Program-made: the position numbers and the translations under genes
Shown here: positions 37,974 through 50,333 of the stretch, piece by piece
How the letters are laid out: every line of letters starts with the position of its first letter
Position numbering within the stretch: the first letter of the stretch is position 1
The notes under the pieces: generated by a model
The model's input: the letters and a program-made list of their open reading frames with translations, nothing else
Told to the model about the DNA's origin: nothing
Databases searched by the model: none
Source of the DNA: Laetmonice hystrix
Taxonomy: Eukaryota
Assembly: GCA_965235115.1 (NCBI GenBank)
Contig: OZ249436.1
Span: 52,764,001-52,828,000, forward strand
Reading direction: 5' to 3'
Length of the DNA: 64,000 nucleotides

Positions 37974-40900
37974 TCAGCTGGTTACAAGACTGTAGATATC
38001 ATCGTGTCCAAAATCTCGGGCCATATCCACGACAGACAGGTCGCCCATCTTGGCATGGCGGTCGGCGCCTGCCACCAGTAACACCTCAACCACGTGTCGA
38101 TGACCTGCAAACCGTGAGGGCAGTGACGTCACCAACAGATCACATCAATACGTCACCAATAAATGACCTGCAGACCGTGAGGGCAGTAACGTCACCAACA
38201 GATCACATCAATACGTCACCAATCATTGACCTGCAGACCGTGAGGGCAGTGACGTCACCAACAGATCACATCAATACGTCACCAACCAATGACCTGCAGA
38301 CCGTGAGGGCAGTGACGTCACCAACAGATCACATCAATACGTCACCAATCAATGACCTGCAGACCGTGAGGGCAGTGACGTCACCAACAGATCACATCAA
38401 TACGTCACCAACCAATGACCTGCAGACCGTGAGGGCAGTGACGTCACCAACAGATCACATCAATACGTCACCAACCAATGACCTGCAGACCGTGAGGGCA
38501 GTAACGTCACCAACAGATCACATCAATACGTCACCAACCAATGACATGCAGACCGTGAGGGCAGTAACGTCACCAACAGGTCACATCAATACGTCACCAA
38601 CCAATGACCTGCAGACCGTGAGGGCAGTAACGTCACCAACAGATCACATCAATACGTCACCAATCAATGACCTCTCGTCCCCAACCCCTTCCTCTGCCAA
38701 CACCGATTGCTGAATGCATTGCTGCTGAGTCATGATTGGCTTAACGTCTACTTCGAACGACTTCCTGACTTTTCTTTTAATCCAGAAAATGATTTTAATA
38801 AACGAGTGGCAAAACATGTATAAATTGTGCCTCTTTGGTTCGACCACGTAGACGCTGTGTTCCGACGTGGCCAGTGACCCCGGGAATCTGGCCTCGGAGA
38901 AACCCAAGCCACGCTCCACCACGTCACGATAACCTAGAAGTGGTCGAGAGGTCAACCTTTCGTTTTAAGTTGTCACACTTCAAGGGCAGAGATCCGCACT
39001 CTCGCCTTTCGAATCCCCACTGTTTGTTTTCGGAGACTCGGGGCCACAATTCGGCATAATGTTGAATTGAGATGTTGTGACTGGAAAGTGGCGGCCAACG
39101 TAACGATGCGTCTGTCGTATACGGTTCGGGAAAACGTTTCGATACGAGACGTCTCGTTCGTAGACATACCACGCGCAACTCGTAAACAACCCAGAGTACT
39201 TGGAAACTCGGGGTCACCATCAAACACAGACGATAGACCAGATACTATTCTCAAGGCTGAAGTTATTAAGACACGTAATTAAGGTTCCTACGCTTTCTTT
39301 ACATAAGTCGAGGAAAACTACAAAAAACTGGCACGTTTCACATGTAGTACCCTCACATTGTTTTCTCTTTTATTCTTTTTTTAACTTTATTTTATTTTAT
39401 GACCCTTGTTTAATTCACTAGAGGTTTGGCCAATCTTCCATCGCCTTCCCTATTTCTTCGTCAGCATATTCCATGATCATGCGGACGAGACCTTTTCCCC
39501 CCCGATACCTGTGTTAAAGGAGGTTTTATTTCTTTCTTTCTTTCTTCTTTCCTTCTTTTCTTTAAATGAAAGTGATTCGGTGCAATAGTGTGGTCGTACT
39601 CTGCCCAGATCAAAATATCTACTACGGTAGTATTTTCCAAGACAGCCTATGGCTATAACACTTACACCACAGCCGACCCCCCAGCTGTCAGACATGTTAA
39701 CCCCACACGGGTCACTCTCGCTACTGACGGGAGCCGTCAGTTCCGACAGGACTCGCACGACAAGGAGACTGTCCCAGACAGCAGTTTCTTGCCATGACCT
39801 AAAGAAAAAGAAGTTGACCGGACTGCGAACACATCGGTCTTCCAATTACGACGGGGCAGACGAAACACGGCGGGCGGGGCGCGCGCGTCATGCCTGACTC
39901 AAGCTGAGGGCTTTCATCAGACCGGCGGGCCTGTGATACCCCACTGAAGGGATCGACCCCATATGTCTGGTGGTTTGTGGTGTGGCCGGGTGGTCTGTAA
40001 TGGCCCACAGCCCACCGACATCGCTCAATCTACAAACCGTAGAGAAGAAAACAGCACCGAGATATAAAAAAAAACATAAAATGGGGTCTCCTTAACTAGC
40101 ACTAATTATACAAAATTATAAAGTACGGAAATCAAGAGGAGATAATTTTTTAACTATCTGAGATGGTCTTTAGGACTATAAATCCAGTCACTATAGCACT
40201 CAAGGCTGGGCATCACACCTCTAGCATTTCTGAGTTAACTTATACAATAGTTTTTCTTCCCGGTGTGCTTAAGTGTTGTTTTGTGCGTGATAATAAAAAA
40301 ACGGCAAAGGTGTCTACATGGAAATAGACGCGACATACAAATTATGTGATACGTTTCAATAGGTCAGTCTGAAAGGTTGGAAAGCCCAGGGTGGCCTTCG
40401 TTTCAAGTTGTTTTTGGTACAATGTAATGCCGAAAGTGTCCTGAGTTAATGTTATAGACGGCAGGACATGAGAGGCAAGGTCCTCCACCCCGGCTCTGAG
40501 AGGGCAGCTCAGATATCACTTATTGCTCATGCACACACTTGGTGGAAACACGGTAATGAGCAACAGACCCCCGTCCTAACCAAGAAATCTTCTCTCCCAC
40601 CTGGCCACTCCAAGTGGCAGCTGAAAACACTAAACGATTCACTTTCAACACTAAAATTACTTATCTTGTAGACCCCTTCGTTCCTGGTACTGTGACCAAT
40701 CTCCTGCCTTCATTTTTTGATCCATAATAATCAGTGTTAAAGACTTTAAAATTCATCCAAATGATGTTCACTGCGTGTGGCCAGGCCTGCACTCCGTGAA
40801 CCGACAAGCACGTACTCATCATACACTGATATTCTAGGGGAACTTCACACTTGTATTCATATAGGAAACATTTTACTAACCATTTCTATAAAAGTCAAAA

Positions 40901-43900
40901 CATGCAGAGGAAGGGCAGTACCGTATGACATTCTCATGCATAACTTCCTACAAAAAACAGCAGCAAAAAATGAAGTATTAATTGATTACATCGACGGTGG
41001 ATGGGAGTATAAGGCATAGAAATAAAAGAGAATTACAATAATATATGCGAATCGTCGGGGGGAGGGTTTTTTTCTTTCACCCCCCCCCCGTACTAGCCCA
41101 CCTTTCATATGACAGGTGTGCTTTCGTAGCGGTTCTTATATCTGTTGATATACGACCATATGCCGACATAGGACAGCCTGGACAGTGGTTCGTACATGGA
41201 CCTTGGAACGAGCACCTCCTGAATATCTGTTGATATACGACCATATGCCGACATAGGGCAGCCTGGACAGTGGTTCGTGCATGGACCTTGGAAACAGCAC
41301 CTCCTGAATATCTGTTGATATACGACCATATGCCGACATAGGACAGCCTGGACAGTGGTTCGTACATGGACCTTGGAACGAGCACCTCCTGAATATCTGT
41401 TGATATACGACCATATGCCGACATAGGACAGCCTGGACAGTGGTTCGTACATGGACCTTGGAACCAACACCTCCTGAATATCTGTTGATATACGACCATA
41501 TGCCGACATAGGACAGCCTGGACAGTGGTTCGTGCATGGACCTTGGAAGAGCACCTCCTGAATGAAGAGAGAGTCTTCATGCTAGCTGCCCACCTTCTGT
41601 ACACCACACTGCCAATCTTTGTAATGAACAAATTATATTTCTTATGCGACGTTTGGCCTGGCTATATGAACCTCCTTCACCTCAAATATAGCCACATCCA
41701 TAAAACGTACTTTCAACGCTTTGAATTTTCAACAAAATATCCACAGACTTTTTCACGGGGATGTTCTTGGAGTGCGGCAAACAGTAGCAAGCAGTGGCGG
41801 GTAGAGTGATATCACTGCCACCTAGTGTCAACAGTTAGCGTACACCCTTACCAGCCGCCAACATGGGACAAACGGGTAACCCCTACCCCGTACAACCCCG
41901 TAACCTCGGACAAAACTTCTGAAAATCCTCCGTTTCCTGAAAGGTTTCTCAGATGACATTTACAAATGATTGTAACCCCAGTTAACTGTTGTCAGCCAAA
42001 AGGTTCATTTATTCCAGCCTGCCCTCGAGAATAGATTTCACGTGATATGAGGAACAGCTGCTGTAGATGATCCGATTCGCAGGAATGTATTTGTCCCCGT
42101 CAATACAATTAACACATCATTCCCTTTCATAAAACACTGGGCAGCAAGGCCCATCAAACTTATTTGAAAGCTGTGGTGGCATAGATCATTTCCAGATACT
42201 ATTAGCTGCGTTTTAAGGGTTCTATCTCTTAATCTGACATTATTATGATTATTATCATTATTATTACTTCTAGGGGTCAGTCATCTAGAGGCTATGGCAG
42301 TTTTCATATCAACCTTTGTTCCAGTATCTGTAGGCGTTTAGGTAAAAAAAAATTCCAAGTTTCTGGTATGAATAACATCTCAAAAGTGGGGGTTGGGGGG
42401 GATCAGCTGGCTAAAATAGTAAGCCTCACAATAAACTGAACCCATATTAAACAAGGATGTTTCAAAATAAAACATACATGATTTACATACGCCTGTTGCA
42501 GTGTTCATGAAATAGGCATTACAACAATGTTTAGTTTCAAACCTTAACGCCAGGGGGCAGCACAATTCACACATTCATGCTAGGTGAGAGCAAAGAAAAA
42601 CGTATTCATGCGTGGCTTCTGAAGTGACGCTTACCAGAAACCGGGATTTAAACAAATTGTTTTGGCACCTTAGATTTATTATCACTAATATTAGAACTTT
42701 CTTTTGTCAGGCACCACTGTTGACAGGCTGCACAAGACCCTTTCCCCAAAGGTACCATACTTGATTGTGGGGATCGAAATATAGCTGAAAAAAAAATGTG
42801 TAGGCCACCAAAAAAAATCCCAGTTTCTGGTATGCACACGCTTCCCTTCAGAGTGCTTTTTGACTTTCCCTCACCTAGCATTTACTATTTGAACAAAGAA
42901 CAATCTGTAAAATTTGCTACCTTTTAGAAATATCAGAATTTATAAAATACTGGATGAAAATTTGCCGAAATTGTGAAGTAGGGTGAAAAAAAGACAAAGA
43001 AAGAAGACAGTTCAATCGCCATTTCACTGGGATGATATGCCGACTACTTACCATGCATAACGGCTAAATGTAACGGTGTAGCCCCCTCACACTGCGGGTT
43101 TGTAGCGTTTACTTGGATTCCCTTGGCCTTCAGTAAAGTTGTTACCAGAACCACCTCGCCATTGTTGGCAGCAGCATGGAGTGGTGTGTTTCCTGTATCA
43201 GCGGGTAAGTTGAGGTTGGGGCTCGGCTTCACCTGAACAGGTAAAGATTGAACACACACACACTCAAAGTCTTGCGAGTTCTCATAAAGTTATTTAATCC
43301 ATTCCCGCTGTACTCTATTTGACCTTATACCAAGTGTATTTCATACCTTCTTTAACAGGAATTCGAGAATTTCTGGCTGGTTATGCATGACGGCAGTAAA
43401 AACCAAGGTGCGACCATGTTTATCTTGACTCCGAGCACGAACTTTGCCAGAGGCTAGCATGTAGTGGACAACATCTGAATGACCTAACCTGTGTGATGAA
43501 GAGGGCAACGTCATCATTAGGTTACCTGCATCATTGAAGAATTTGAAATTTGACAACTTGGAAGAACTTTACCTCTAGAGAGGAATAGTATGATCTTAAC
43601 AGAGACTATATGCAACAGTCAGGCAAGACTTTCCGCATGCTGCTATCCATTTCTCTCCATCCATCATACACATAATCAGAATCTCTGTAAATTATAGGTT
43701 AAGATAATTCTATCTTAGTTGATAATCTTGGATTTAGGCTTCCCCATGGTCGCTATGGCTTAGTGGAGTTATTGCTCAAACATGTATGACAGAATAAGCC
43801 ACTTCTTAGTTCTATACTACGTATGTACAAATGTTTACATCAGAATGCTTCACTGAGGTGGCACGTCTCAGCTGCCTAATGCCAGGGCGACCTCTGGTGG

Positions 43901-45180
43901 TTACTTGGCTAACCATGAAAACCTCCCAATCTATTTTTTAAAATCCACAGGGTACCGAACATATAATAATAACACTGGAAAATATGTTTTTTTTCTCACC
44001 TTATGGCATGGTACATTCTTTCCATGCTAGGATCCTCCTTGGATATGGTTGAGAATGGGAGGCTATCACCAAGGCTGGAGTGTGGCAGCAGTTTCCTGTA
44101 GAAATTGACAACTGCCAGCCATATACTGACGAGAGTGAAGGCTCGCACACCAAGTGTCCACTGTGCATACTGCTTGACACGCGTCGAGCAGCATACATCT
44201 GATAATAGCTTCTTGTACTGAACTTGCCTTTCGGACGTGAGAACATCCAAGTAGTCTAAGAACATGAAAGGTCCTTTGGAGCTGAGCAACTTATTGGGGT
44301 ATTCCCAAAAAACACCCTCAAGGAACTGAACAAGGTCTCGATGTCTGACTTTTCCAGCGTCACGACCAGCTGTGAATACAAATCCTAACTGGTCAAGAAT
44401 AATACTGTATTCAAGCCTAAAGATGTCCTGCTTTTGCACGTCAGGAAAATCAATCAACCAAAAGTGTGCAAATTTCACAAAGTTTTCACCCTTGTGAATC
44501 CAGATAGTGAGATCAGTGACCTGTTCGTTTGACTGCAAGAGCCACTCGGATATCAAAGTAGCATCAATGTATGTCAGAAGGTCGTCAAAGTTTCCTCTGC
44601 GGTTAGATTGTGCAGAGGACTTGCTTTCATTCCCATAAGGTCCAATATTACGTGATGAAGATTTTGGTGGCACTGGTTCGGAAACCTCATCTTCACTGGA
44701 TGTCAACGTAGACGATCTACTCTTTGGATTAAATGCATCATACTTCACGGGTGGCAGTGGTCGTGCTTTTGGCAGTTCATGCATTGTGGGCAGGGTGTCT
44801 AGGATTTTGTTTTTCTTGTTTTTCCTCCTAGATGCTCCAGACCTTTTCGTGCTTGTTGGAGGATGAGGCTTTATATCATCCCTGCTCGCATCACCTTTTT
44901 CCACGTTAGCACTGGCAACACCCTCTGTCTCTGGTGACTGTCCATTGGTTCCAACCCCTGAGTCGGGAGACCTGTTCTCTGCCGATCCTGCACGGGTTGA
45001 CGCAGCAGAGTTCTGACGACTTTCACTCTCAGCACTGCTGTTACAAGATAGTTGGCTGAGGGCTCGGGACAGTCGTCCCTCCTCATCACTAAGAAAGTTA
45101 TCTCCTTCATCATCACTGCTCCTAAATGTGAGACGTGATACACAAATCAGCTCACGTAGATCCCGAACGCCCCTACTCAT
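37974..45180 (-). CDS. FAM220/SIPAR-like protein with C-terminal ankyrin repeats (544 aa); exons 45180-44000, 43488-43347, 43232-43052, 38104-37974
   Basis: Exons join in frame (phases 2, 0, 1) with GT-AG sites; 1635 nt. Ankyrin motifs GRTLVFTAV, GNTPLHAAA, GATPLHLAVMHGHRHVVEVLLVAGAD. Segment EYPNKLLSSKGPFMFLDYLDVLTSERQVQYKKLL resembles, from memory, the human FAM220A segment YPEVLLSEETKRIFLDRL..S.....FKKML. Confidence 0.85.
38102..38672. repeat. 63-bp minisatellite (9 copies) ending on the last-exon acceptor of the FAM220-like gene
   Basis: Period 63 (GACCTGC at 38102, 38165); on the minus strand each unit ends CTGCCCTCACGGTCTGCAG|GTC like the true acceptor. Confidence 0.93.
41138..41562. 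repeat. 85-bp minisatellite, 5 copies, intronic
   Basis: ATATCTGTTGATATACGACC... at 41138, 41223 and onward. Confidence 0.95.
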
Positions 45181-45435
45181 CTTTCTTGTTAACAAGGTGC
45201 ACAAAGACAAGACCACAACCAGACATACTATATAGAATATTGCAAAGATTACTTTTTTACTCTATGTTCTACAACTCTGGTTGCTTAAAGATGTCCTAAC
45301 ATATGACAATTATAATATATAAACAAAATGCGAATTCTGTTCAGTTTTGTAAACGTGGAGGCAGTACATGTGCAAAAGCAGTTGGACGGAATGAACAGGA
45401 GCGAAGTCATATGGATATCACATGGTCAAAACATG

Positions 45436-45618
45436 TCACATGATCTCAATTTCTAGCCTTACTCGGAGGTCAAAAGCCATACATCCAATGGCAAGTATGA
45501 TCGGCAGACGACACTTGGCAACCCAGGCAAATCGGAAGAAAAACAACAAAGCTCGTGCAATTCTTCCTGAACACCTTGCGTATCTGCTAGTAAAGCAGCT
45601 GGATGTCCACCAGAACAT
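45436..45618 (-). CDS. SMIM10-like (DUF4560-like) microprotein B, 60 aa
   Basis: MFWWTSSCFTSRYARCSGRIARALLFFFRFAWVAKCRLPIILAIGCMAFDLRVRLEIEIM*; aligns without gaps to neighbouring ORF A and to the remembered SMIM10-family pattern Y..C..L.R.LL.FF..AW.....P.....M...R.....IEI. Confidence 0.75.
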   Translation of the reverse strand: MFWWTSSCFTSRYARCSGRIARALLFFFRFAWVAKCRLPIILAIGCMAFDLRVRLEIEIM

Positions 45619-45652
45619 GTGGGAAGCGTCTTCTACATACAAAACACTCAAG

Positions 45653-45856
45653 TCAGAACACCTGAGGGATGATCACTTCTAGTCTGACCCGTATGTGAAA
45701 CGCCATTGACACAATGGTGAAAATTACAGGAATACGAATTTTGCTGAACCAGGCAAATCTGAAGTAGAATGAGAGTGTTGCTCCGACTTTGGCAGAAAGT
45801 CCTGGATAAGTCTTCAACAGAGGAGTACAAAGGAGCGTTTCAATCATTGAGCTCAT
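45653..45856 (-). CDS. SMIM10-like (DUF4560-like) microprotein A, 67 aa
   Basis: MSSMIETLLCTPLLKTYPGLSAKVGATLSFYFRFAWFSKIRIPVIFTIVSMAFHIRVRLEVIIPQVF*; shares FRFAW..K.R.P.I..I..MAF..RVRLE with ORF B; downstream of a strong acceptor ttgttatttcag| at 46056/46055. Confidence 0.72.
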   Translation of the reverse strand: MSSMIETLLCTPLLKTYPGLSAKVGATLSFYFRFAWFSKIRIPVIFTIVSMAFHIRVRLEVIIPQVF

Positions 45857-46664
45857 GAATGTTGAGCGTTTTCTTATTCTTTGGTTGAGGACTAGTAATT
45901 GGACATCGTTCAGCAAAGAAAAACGCCTTCAGCAAATTGCAGCTAGAAGCTTAGAGATGGGGTCATGATGCATGGAAATGTCCAGTGGTCGACTCCTTCT
46001 TCCCATCCGTTAGTCAGCAGTGTGGTCATTTGGTCGCCTGGCTGGGACCAGGCAACTGAAATAACAAATAAATGTATCAATACGAAATTCTATTTCTTTA
46101 TATGATCTATTGGATCTATTTGGCAACTGCATTTAAAACGGGTCGGCCAGTCAGCCAACCAGAATTCTAATGTCACTGAACACACTTGGAGAAGTTATCA
46201 TTTAAAAAAAAAAAAAGCAACTGCTATATTTTACCTAGATTGTATGACCTGCTTTTAAGTAACAACAAGACTCTGTCTCACAGCCCCCAACTGGGTAGGA
46301 ACATATTATCTGTGGGTCTCGGAACTATGCATGTACTTTCATTACTTTGTACCTTTGTCCTTGAGATCCAGTCCATGTAAGAACATCACTCAATGTAAAC
46401 AGAAATAGTGCCAAATAAAACTTAATACGACTGCCTAACCTTAGTTTAACTATAATATGGTTACCTTGCTGGGCTTCCTCTATGCCAGAAAAGTCCTTAG
46501 CCACCGTGGTTAACAGGTACCCAAATGCTTTAGCCACATCAAAATTTGATTATCCATATCATTTTATCTACAACTAAATAAAATACAAAACCTCAGGAGG
46601 TCTAGGCCTGTATACATTTAAGAAAGGTCTAGGCCTTGTCATAAGAAAATCGCTTTAGAGCAAT

Positions 46665-47017
46665 GGGGTACATTAGACGCATGCGCAATGGGGATTTCAA
46701 GTCAAATCCGCAAGGTGGCAGCACTGTGCAAGCAGTCCTTGCTGCAGTACGTTAGCATAAGGTTAGATAGGACGACGAAATGCTAATGTGCTGTAGGATG
46801 ACCTAACCTTATCATTACTAAATAATATTAACTCATTTGGACTAAAGTGAATGAAAGAAGTTTAAAAATTGTCGTACCTTTTTCAAACAAATGTCGGTAA
46901 GGCAACCAGCCACAGATTAGCAAATATCAGCCTATCTAATTCTATGCTAAAATGTCGCCTCCTGAACCGCTTGCACAGTGCTGCCGCCATGCGGGAAAGG
47001 CGGCGACCATGTTCCCC
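46665..47017. mobile_element. 353-bp non-autonomous element, copy 1 (AT target site, ISL2EU/Harbinger-like)
   Basis: AT|GGGGTACAT ... ATGTTCCCC|AT; same-length copy at 55401-55753 with different flanks. Confidence 0.85.
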
Positions 47018-47432
47018 ATTATCACGCTCCTGGAATGGCCCAGGAGACACACTCACGCCAGTCACGGCACTGAAGTGCTGACTGACCCAGTTTTCTCTTT
47101 CATACAGACATTGGGGGAGCGTGATTATCGCTCTCCCCAATCCTAAATCAGGAATGTGATGGAGCAATCGTGCTCCTCTCGTGACAAGGCCTGGATGTCC
47201 AGATTTTAAAGTTCGCCAGCATGGCGAAAACATGGTTCTGTTATATTCCATTTCACCACTTTGCTATTGTTTTCACCAATGTGAACATGGCGAATAGCTA
47301 GGGGAAGCACAACCTTTTTCACTTATATTTAATCTGAACACAAAATAAATTGGCATGCTTGTTGCCCCTCATATGCCTGTTCTTGTCACTACGTCAGGGT
47401 TGGACAAATGATTTTATGAGTCACTGGTCCAG

Positions 47433-48224
47433 GGGCCGGTTTTTAAAACAAGTTAAGCAGCTTGCTTAAGCTTAACTTTAAGTTTAAGCAAGAGACCTTG
47501 CTTATGCCGGTTTTTGAAACCACTTAAGCAAGCTTGCTTCAGCTTAAATAGTGTGAGATTTAAGCAAGCTCCCAACCAGACTTAAAAGTTAAGCAAGACA
47601 GAGTCCCAGATATAGACTACACAGTAGAGTGATAATTTCAAATAAATAGCACTTTAAATGTATAGGATAGCAAAGACAAGATCATGTTTACCGTGATGCC
47701 AGTCTCATTATTGGGTGTTTGTGGTGAAAGAAAGCTCCACGGTACGTCTAAACAAGCCACTGTCAAAACGTCACAGTCAGGGTCAAATCTATGCCAGTCG
47801 CAGTTGAGCACAATCATTGTTGTTTGTGACGTAAACTATAATCGAGCATAAAATTGGGTCAAGTTTACGCCATTCTAGGCAAAATCTGCACCCGTCCCAT
47901 TGACGGTAAATAATATAAACTTGCCTCCACTACTCCCGGTAATTTGGCGCATCATGAGCACTGAATGGTCACTTTCATCAGTAACAACAGTTCTATGTAG
48001 CATCATTAGGCCTACTCTACCAGAAATTAAAATAGTGCCACCTGTCCCTCTCTCCCCATTGCCTTTACTGGGGGGTTCTGATTCTTCATGGAACAGCTCT
48101 TCTCGTTTCCGTGATGATCTTACGTAAGCAAGGTTTTAAAAACCGGACTTAAGCAAATGCTCAGGTAAGCAAAGGGCAGCCATATTTAAGCTTAAGTTTA
48201 AGCAAATGTTTTAAAAACCGGGCC
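47433..48224. mobile_element. Harbinger-type non-autonomous element with CAG target site
   Basis: CAG|GGGCCGGTTTTTAAAACA ... TGTTTTAAAAACCGGGCC|CAG; CTTAAGC-rich subterminal repeats. Confidence 0.85.
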
Positions 48225-49379
48225 CAGGACTAGTAACTCAGAATATTTACTGGTCCTGCTCTTGGGTCCACTGGTCCAAAACTCCACAGTTTCATGGAGT
48301 GTTTATGGAAATGTTAAGATTGCCATCATCATTCCACAGGCCACAGACCTCCAGCATCCTTGGAGGATGGAGGTTTGTGACCTGCTACATGCCTGGCACT
48401 ACGTCCTGACAGATACCATCTGTCAATGACCGTAGGTTTAACCAAGACTGGGCAACAGTCCGTCGGACTACATATGTACCATATTGATATATGTGTTCAC
48501 AAGTCTGAAACAATACTAGGCAGGTCCCGGACCTCGGGCTAGTGGATTTGTGCAACCCTGTACGTTTGAAAGAAATCGTGACAATTTTTCTGAGACATTG
48601 TCCCAAATTTGGTTATATTAAATATATCCGGCAACATGGCAACCAACTCGACCTAGTGGCCATTTTAAATAGGTTCGACCTGTGCCAACCTTACACTGTC
48701 CCTGATTATTACGTAATGGTTCATGCAAGTTTTTGTCCTTATCTTCAACTGTTTTGGAGGTACATGCCGCTAAAAATATGCAGCGTAACTGTTTTTATGG
48801 GGAAAAAGTTGAGAAAAAAAAATGAATTTTCTCATGTTCAAAATGGAATTTCCTGGCAACGATCATGAAATTTGACAGGCTTTACACACCTACCAAAGCC
48901 CCTACCTCACCACTATCAGTGTATCATTAGTAGTACCCCACTGATTACTGAAGTGAACTGTATCAGCATCACTCAGTATACATGTATGCAGTGCCAAGTT
49001 GGCAAGTACGGCAACCTCGTCCTCATCTCAGTTGCACTGCCGTTGTACTTAGAATCTAGATACAGTACAGGGTCTGGCAGAACAACCAATTTACTGTTAG
49101 TAACACTGTTCAGTGTCAGTGTTAGGCTAAGTCAGGGTGCACTCTACCCAGTATATATATGTGTCACTGTCAGTGTCACAGTTAGCCTACGTAGTAAGCC
49201 ATGCGCCGAGCCAGCAAGGCTTACAGGCAGTGGCGTAAATTCCTGGCGGGTCAGACCACACCCAGGCCAGACCACCACCGCTTGCACTGATCAACTCACC
49301 GGCATCAATTTATCTCGACAGTAGGTGTGTGGGGTCCCGAACCAGTGTTTTTAATAGTACAACGTCAAATTCATGTCTA

Positions 49380-50333
49380 GATCACCCGTTTAACGGCGTT
49401 TTACCGGCCGCCATGTTGCCTTTGATCCCAGCATGCATCTCTCCGACGCACTCTCCTATGCAGAGACTCGCTTACTACTGTGTGAAGCGAAAGCGAAGCG
49501 GAAGTAGCTCTGCGTTGGAGGGTGTCTCCGACGGTAATGGCGGCACTCAACGAGCATTGAAATTTCTCGGTTCGAGAGATGCGACTGTCTTTATTTTGTC
49601 GCATTGTGCTTTTCCAGCTTGCAGATATGAGAGATAAGTTATTTTGAGTTTATTTATCACTATTTCATCAACATATAACGTAGAGACAAGGGAGGGCTTT
49701 TCATGGCAGACAGAAGATTTGTCCGGGAACGCTCGGAAATTCTGAACAGCGACCTTCGGCTCTGTACAGAGCACAGAGCCGAATTCTTTGGCTATGTCAC
49801 AGTGTGACTGTCAGTGAGTTAATTTGCCTGTTTCTCAGTGTTTGCGATGCCAGAATACCTCCTCGTTCGTTAGCTTGTGAACTTGTGTCACAATCATCGG
49901 CCACGGAAAACAGCAAGACATCAGCAGATGTAACTTACCGACTTTGCACCAAATCATATCAATCTCTAGACCTATCTCTGCCATATAAGCTTGTCAACTT
50001 ACTTTTAATTTCGAGCTATTGGCACCACATCCATACTTCGCGATTTTCGGCAACACATCCGACCACGGCCACGGATAACACCGGAAGCATATTGGTTGCT
50101 CAGTGTCTTTCGGGTCTCCTGTGTGAAGCTCAGAGAGTTCCACAATCTCGCCGACCAATAGTACGCGGGTTGACAAATGAGCAATGGCCGTATAACAACC
50201 AATGAACGTCAAGTTTTCAAACCTTGGTCGATCTTGGATTAAATTTGCCGCGCTCCTTTCACGAAGACGAAGTAGGCCTAGTGTACTGTAGGGATAACAT
50301 TGATCAGTTAATTGTGAACATCAATAATTGACA
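49380..50333. promoter_or_regulatory. Candidate bidirectional promoter region between the SMIM10/FAM220-like locus and DCXR
   Basis: CpG-rich; YY1-like CAACATGGCGGC (minus, ~49407-49418), ETS-like GCGGAAGT (~49498), CCAAT boxes (~50090, 50156, 50199); candidate minus-strand donors at ~49404, ~49938, ~50002. Confidence 0.5.

Noticed and set aside
38114..38713. 199-aa repetitive ORF
   Set aside because: Open only because the 63-bp unit lacks stops; antisense to an intron and no ATG start.
45181..45216. N-terminal extension of the 406-aa ORF-track entry
   Set aside because: Relies on a GTG start; the first in-frame ATG is at 45180.
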